A stretch of DNA of 64,000 nt, from positions 1,128,221 to 1,192,220 of the forward strand of contig JAXLTI010000003.1 in assembly GCA_046330135.1 (NCBI GenBank), written 5' to 3'. Positions within the stretch are counted from its first letter, which is position 1. The number at the start of each line of letters is the position of its first letter. Source of the stretch: a bacterium. GTDB lineage: Bacteria > ARS69. Positions 62,546 through 64,000 of this stretch are shown in pieces. The notes beneath the pieces are model-generated. The model was not told the DNA's origin. It worked only from the letters and a program-made list of their open reading frames with translations, and ran no database searches. The translations under genes and the position numbers were made by a program.

Positions 62546-63538
62546 GTGGACCTCTCGACGACGTATCTGGGTCTCGAGCTCCCGCATCCGTTCATGGGCG
62601 GCGCCTCGCCGCTCACGCGCGACCTGGACCTCGTGCGGAGACTCGAGGACGCGGGCTCGGCGGCGATCGTCATGCACTCCCTGTTCGAAGAGCAGATCGC
62701 GCGCGAGCCCGCGGTGGCGCGGCGCGTCATCGAGGTCCGCGGCGAGCCCACGGCGCGCTCCCCCCTGCCGGAGGCCCACGAGTACGCGCTGGGCCCCGAG
62801 GAGTACCTGGAGCAGGTGCGACGGATCCGGGAGGCGGTGTCGGTGCCCGTCGTCGCCTCGCTGAACGGGACCACCCCCGGGAGCTGGCTGGAGTACGCGT
62901 CGCTCCTCGAGGAGGCCGGCGCGCACGCGCTCGAGATGAACGTCTACCTCGTGGCGACGGACCCGAAGGAAACCAGCCTCGACGTCGAGGACCGCGTCGT
63001 CGAGATCGTCCGGGGCGCGGTGGAGCAGGTGGACATCCCGGTCGCGGCGAAGCTCGGGCCGCACTACTCGGCGCTCGCGAACTTCGCGCGCCGGCTGGAG
63101 GTGGCGGGGGTGAAGGGGCTCGTGCTCTTCAACCGCTTCCATCAGCCCGACATCGACGTGGACGAGCGCGACGTGTCTCCGAAGGTCACGCTGTCCGATT
63201 CGGGGGAGCTCCTGCTGCGTCTCCGCTGGCTCGCCATCCTCTCCGACCGGATCGCCGCTTCGCTCGCCGTGAGCGGTGGGGTGCACGAGACGACGGACGC
63301 GGTCAAGGCGGTGATGGCGGGCGCGCACGCGGTGCAGATGGTCTCGGCGCTCCTGCGCAGCGGGCCCGAGCACCTGCGCACGGTGCGCGAGGGCGTTTCC
63401 CGCTGGCTGGTCGAGCGGGGCTACGAGTCCATGCGGGCGCTGCGCGGAAGCATGGGCCTCACGCGGTGCCCGGATCCCCAGGCGTTCGAGCGGGGCCACT
63501 ACCTCCGCGTGCTGCAGAGCTGGCGCGGGCTGGTCTGA
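62546..63538 (+). CDS. Dihydroorotate dehydrogenase family (class 1 / PreA-like) flavoprotein
   Basis: TIM-barrel DHOD-like motifs (LPHPFMGGASPLTRD..., FNRFHQPDID, SGGV). Confidence 0.6.
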   Translation: MDLSTTYLGLELPHPFMGGASPLTRDLDLVRRLEDAGSAAIVMHSLFEEQIAREPAVARRVIEVRGEPTARSPLPEAHEYALGPEEYLEQVRRIREAVSVPVVASLNGTTPGSWLEYASLLEEAGAHALEMNVYLVATDPKETSLDVEDRVVEIVRGAVEQVDIPVAAKLGPHYSALANFARRLEVAGVKGLVLFNRFHQPDIDVDERDVSPKVTLSDSGELLLRLRWLAILSDRIAASLAVSGGVHETTDAVKAVMAGAHAVQMVSALLRSGPEHLRTVREGVSRWLVERGYESMRALRGSMGLTRCPDPQAFERGHYLRVLQSWRGLV

Positions 63539-63548
63539 GCGCGGCGCC

Positions 63549-63962
63549 TCAGGCCAGCTCCAGCTCGATTCGCTCCACCTTCACGAGCGGATGTCCCGCC
63601 AGGCGCCGTCGCGCGTCGATCACCAGGTCCACCCGCCCTCCGACGGTTCCCGCCCCGTCGCACTCGTAGTGGTGCGCCGGCGCGTACGCTTCGATCCCCA
63701 CGCTGGTCTCGTCCACGCGCTCCCGCGGCTCGCCGCCCTCGCGCGTGACGCCCTCCGGCAGAGCGGAGAGGAGAGCCTGGATCTCCTGCGTGTAACGCGG
63801 GGCGTACGCCCGGTAGTGGAACGCGAATCGCGAGCTCCGGATGGCGCGCACCTCCGCCAAGCGGACGTCGTGCGCGGCGAGGTCCGCCTTCCGGCGCTCG
63901 AAGAGCGCGCGCACCGCCTCGTCCACGACGGCGTGGCAGATCGGCGCATGCAGCCCCACCAT
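63549..63962 (-). CDS. Hypothetical protein (reaches the window end; N-terminus uncertain)
   Basis: 137-aa ORF in the track. No family confidently recognised. Confidence 0.3.
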   Translation of the reverse strand: MVGLHAPICHAVVDEAVRALFERRKADLAAHDVRLAEVRAIRSSRFAFHYRAYAPRYTQEIQALLSALPEGVTREGGEPRERVDETSVGIEAYAPAHHYECDGAGTVGGRVDLVIDARRRLAGHPLVKVERIELELA

Positions 63963-64000
63963 CTCGCGCAGGCGCTCGCCGATCGTCGCGCGGATGCCTT

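Overview
This is a high-GC (about 68-70%) bacterial chromosomal window with compact, often translationally coupled operons. Four genes in the middle carry a C-terminal domain typical of type IX secretion (T9SS) cargo proteins. That, plus a type IV pilus operon, suggests a Gemmatimonadota- or Fibrobacteres/Bacteroidota-like lineage, but I cannot prove this from sequence alone.

Housekeeping content, in order:
- pilM (5'-truncated)-pilN-pilO-pilP-pilQ followed by aroK, rsmD, coaD and an FmdB-type zinc-ribbon gene
- a HAD-family hydrolase on the minus strand
- a coupled string obg - HEAT-repeat protein - dprA - lpxL-like acyltransferase - PfkB-family kinase
- rnd (RNase D)
- a GAF-GGDEF diguanylate cyclase
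- an ADP-heptose:LPS heptosyltransferase
- valS, a DUF4139-like protein and a RodZ-like protein
- a complete nuoA-B-CD-E-F-G-H-I-J-K-L-M-N complex I operon on the minus strand, with nuoC and nuoD fused
- kup, a periplasmic PDZ-domain protein, an OmpR-type two-component pair, and a DASS/SLC13 transporter with RCK_C (TrkA-C) domains
- a redox trio: FprA-like reductase, plant-type ferredoxin-NADP reductase (FNR), dihydroorotate-dehydrogenase-like protein

The main finding is an accessory cluster at about 19.4-31.4 kb. It contains:
- a secreted TlpA-like thioredoxin
- a predicted outer-membrane beta-barrel
- a lipoprotein carrying a thioredoxin-like CPNC (CxxC) motif
- a small T9SS-CTD protein
- two tandem paralogous secreted T9SS-CTD proteins (CTD = the C-terminal sorting domain of T9SS cargo proteins)
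- a GT2 polyprenyl-phosphate glycosyltransferase paired with a multi-pass membrane/TPR (GT-C-like) protein

In both tandem paralogs the reading frame is interrupted by a single in-frame TGA. This TGA sits exactly where the lipoprotein paralog has the first Cys of its CxxC motif, giving U-P-Y-C and U-T-Y-C. Each TGA is followed 13 nt later by a 5-bp hairpin with an identical CGUGC loop, and the two stems differ by compensatory base changes. I interpret these as a previously unannotated pair of extracytoplasmic selenocysteine (UxxC) redox proteins, each with a bacterial SECIS element. I cannot confirm selenoprotein status without finding selA/selB/selC/selD elsewhere in the genome.

Other observations:
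- a dispersed intergenic repeat family, three copies, each just 3' of a gene
- two short tandem-repeat arrays
- a low-GC 490-nt intergenic region with strong hairpins that may be a structured RNA
- many long ORFs in the six-frame track that are GC-rich alternate-frame artifacts, which I ignored.
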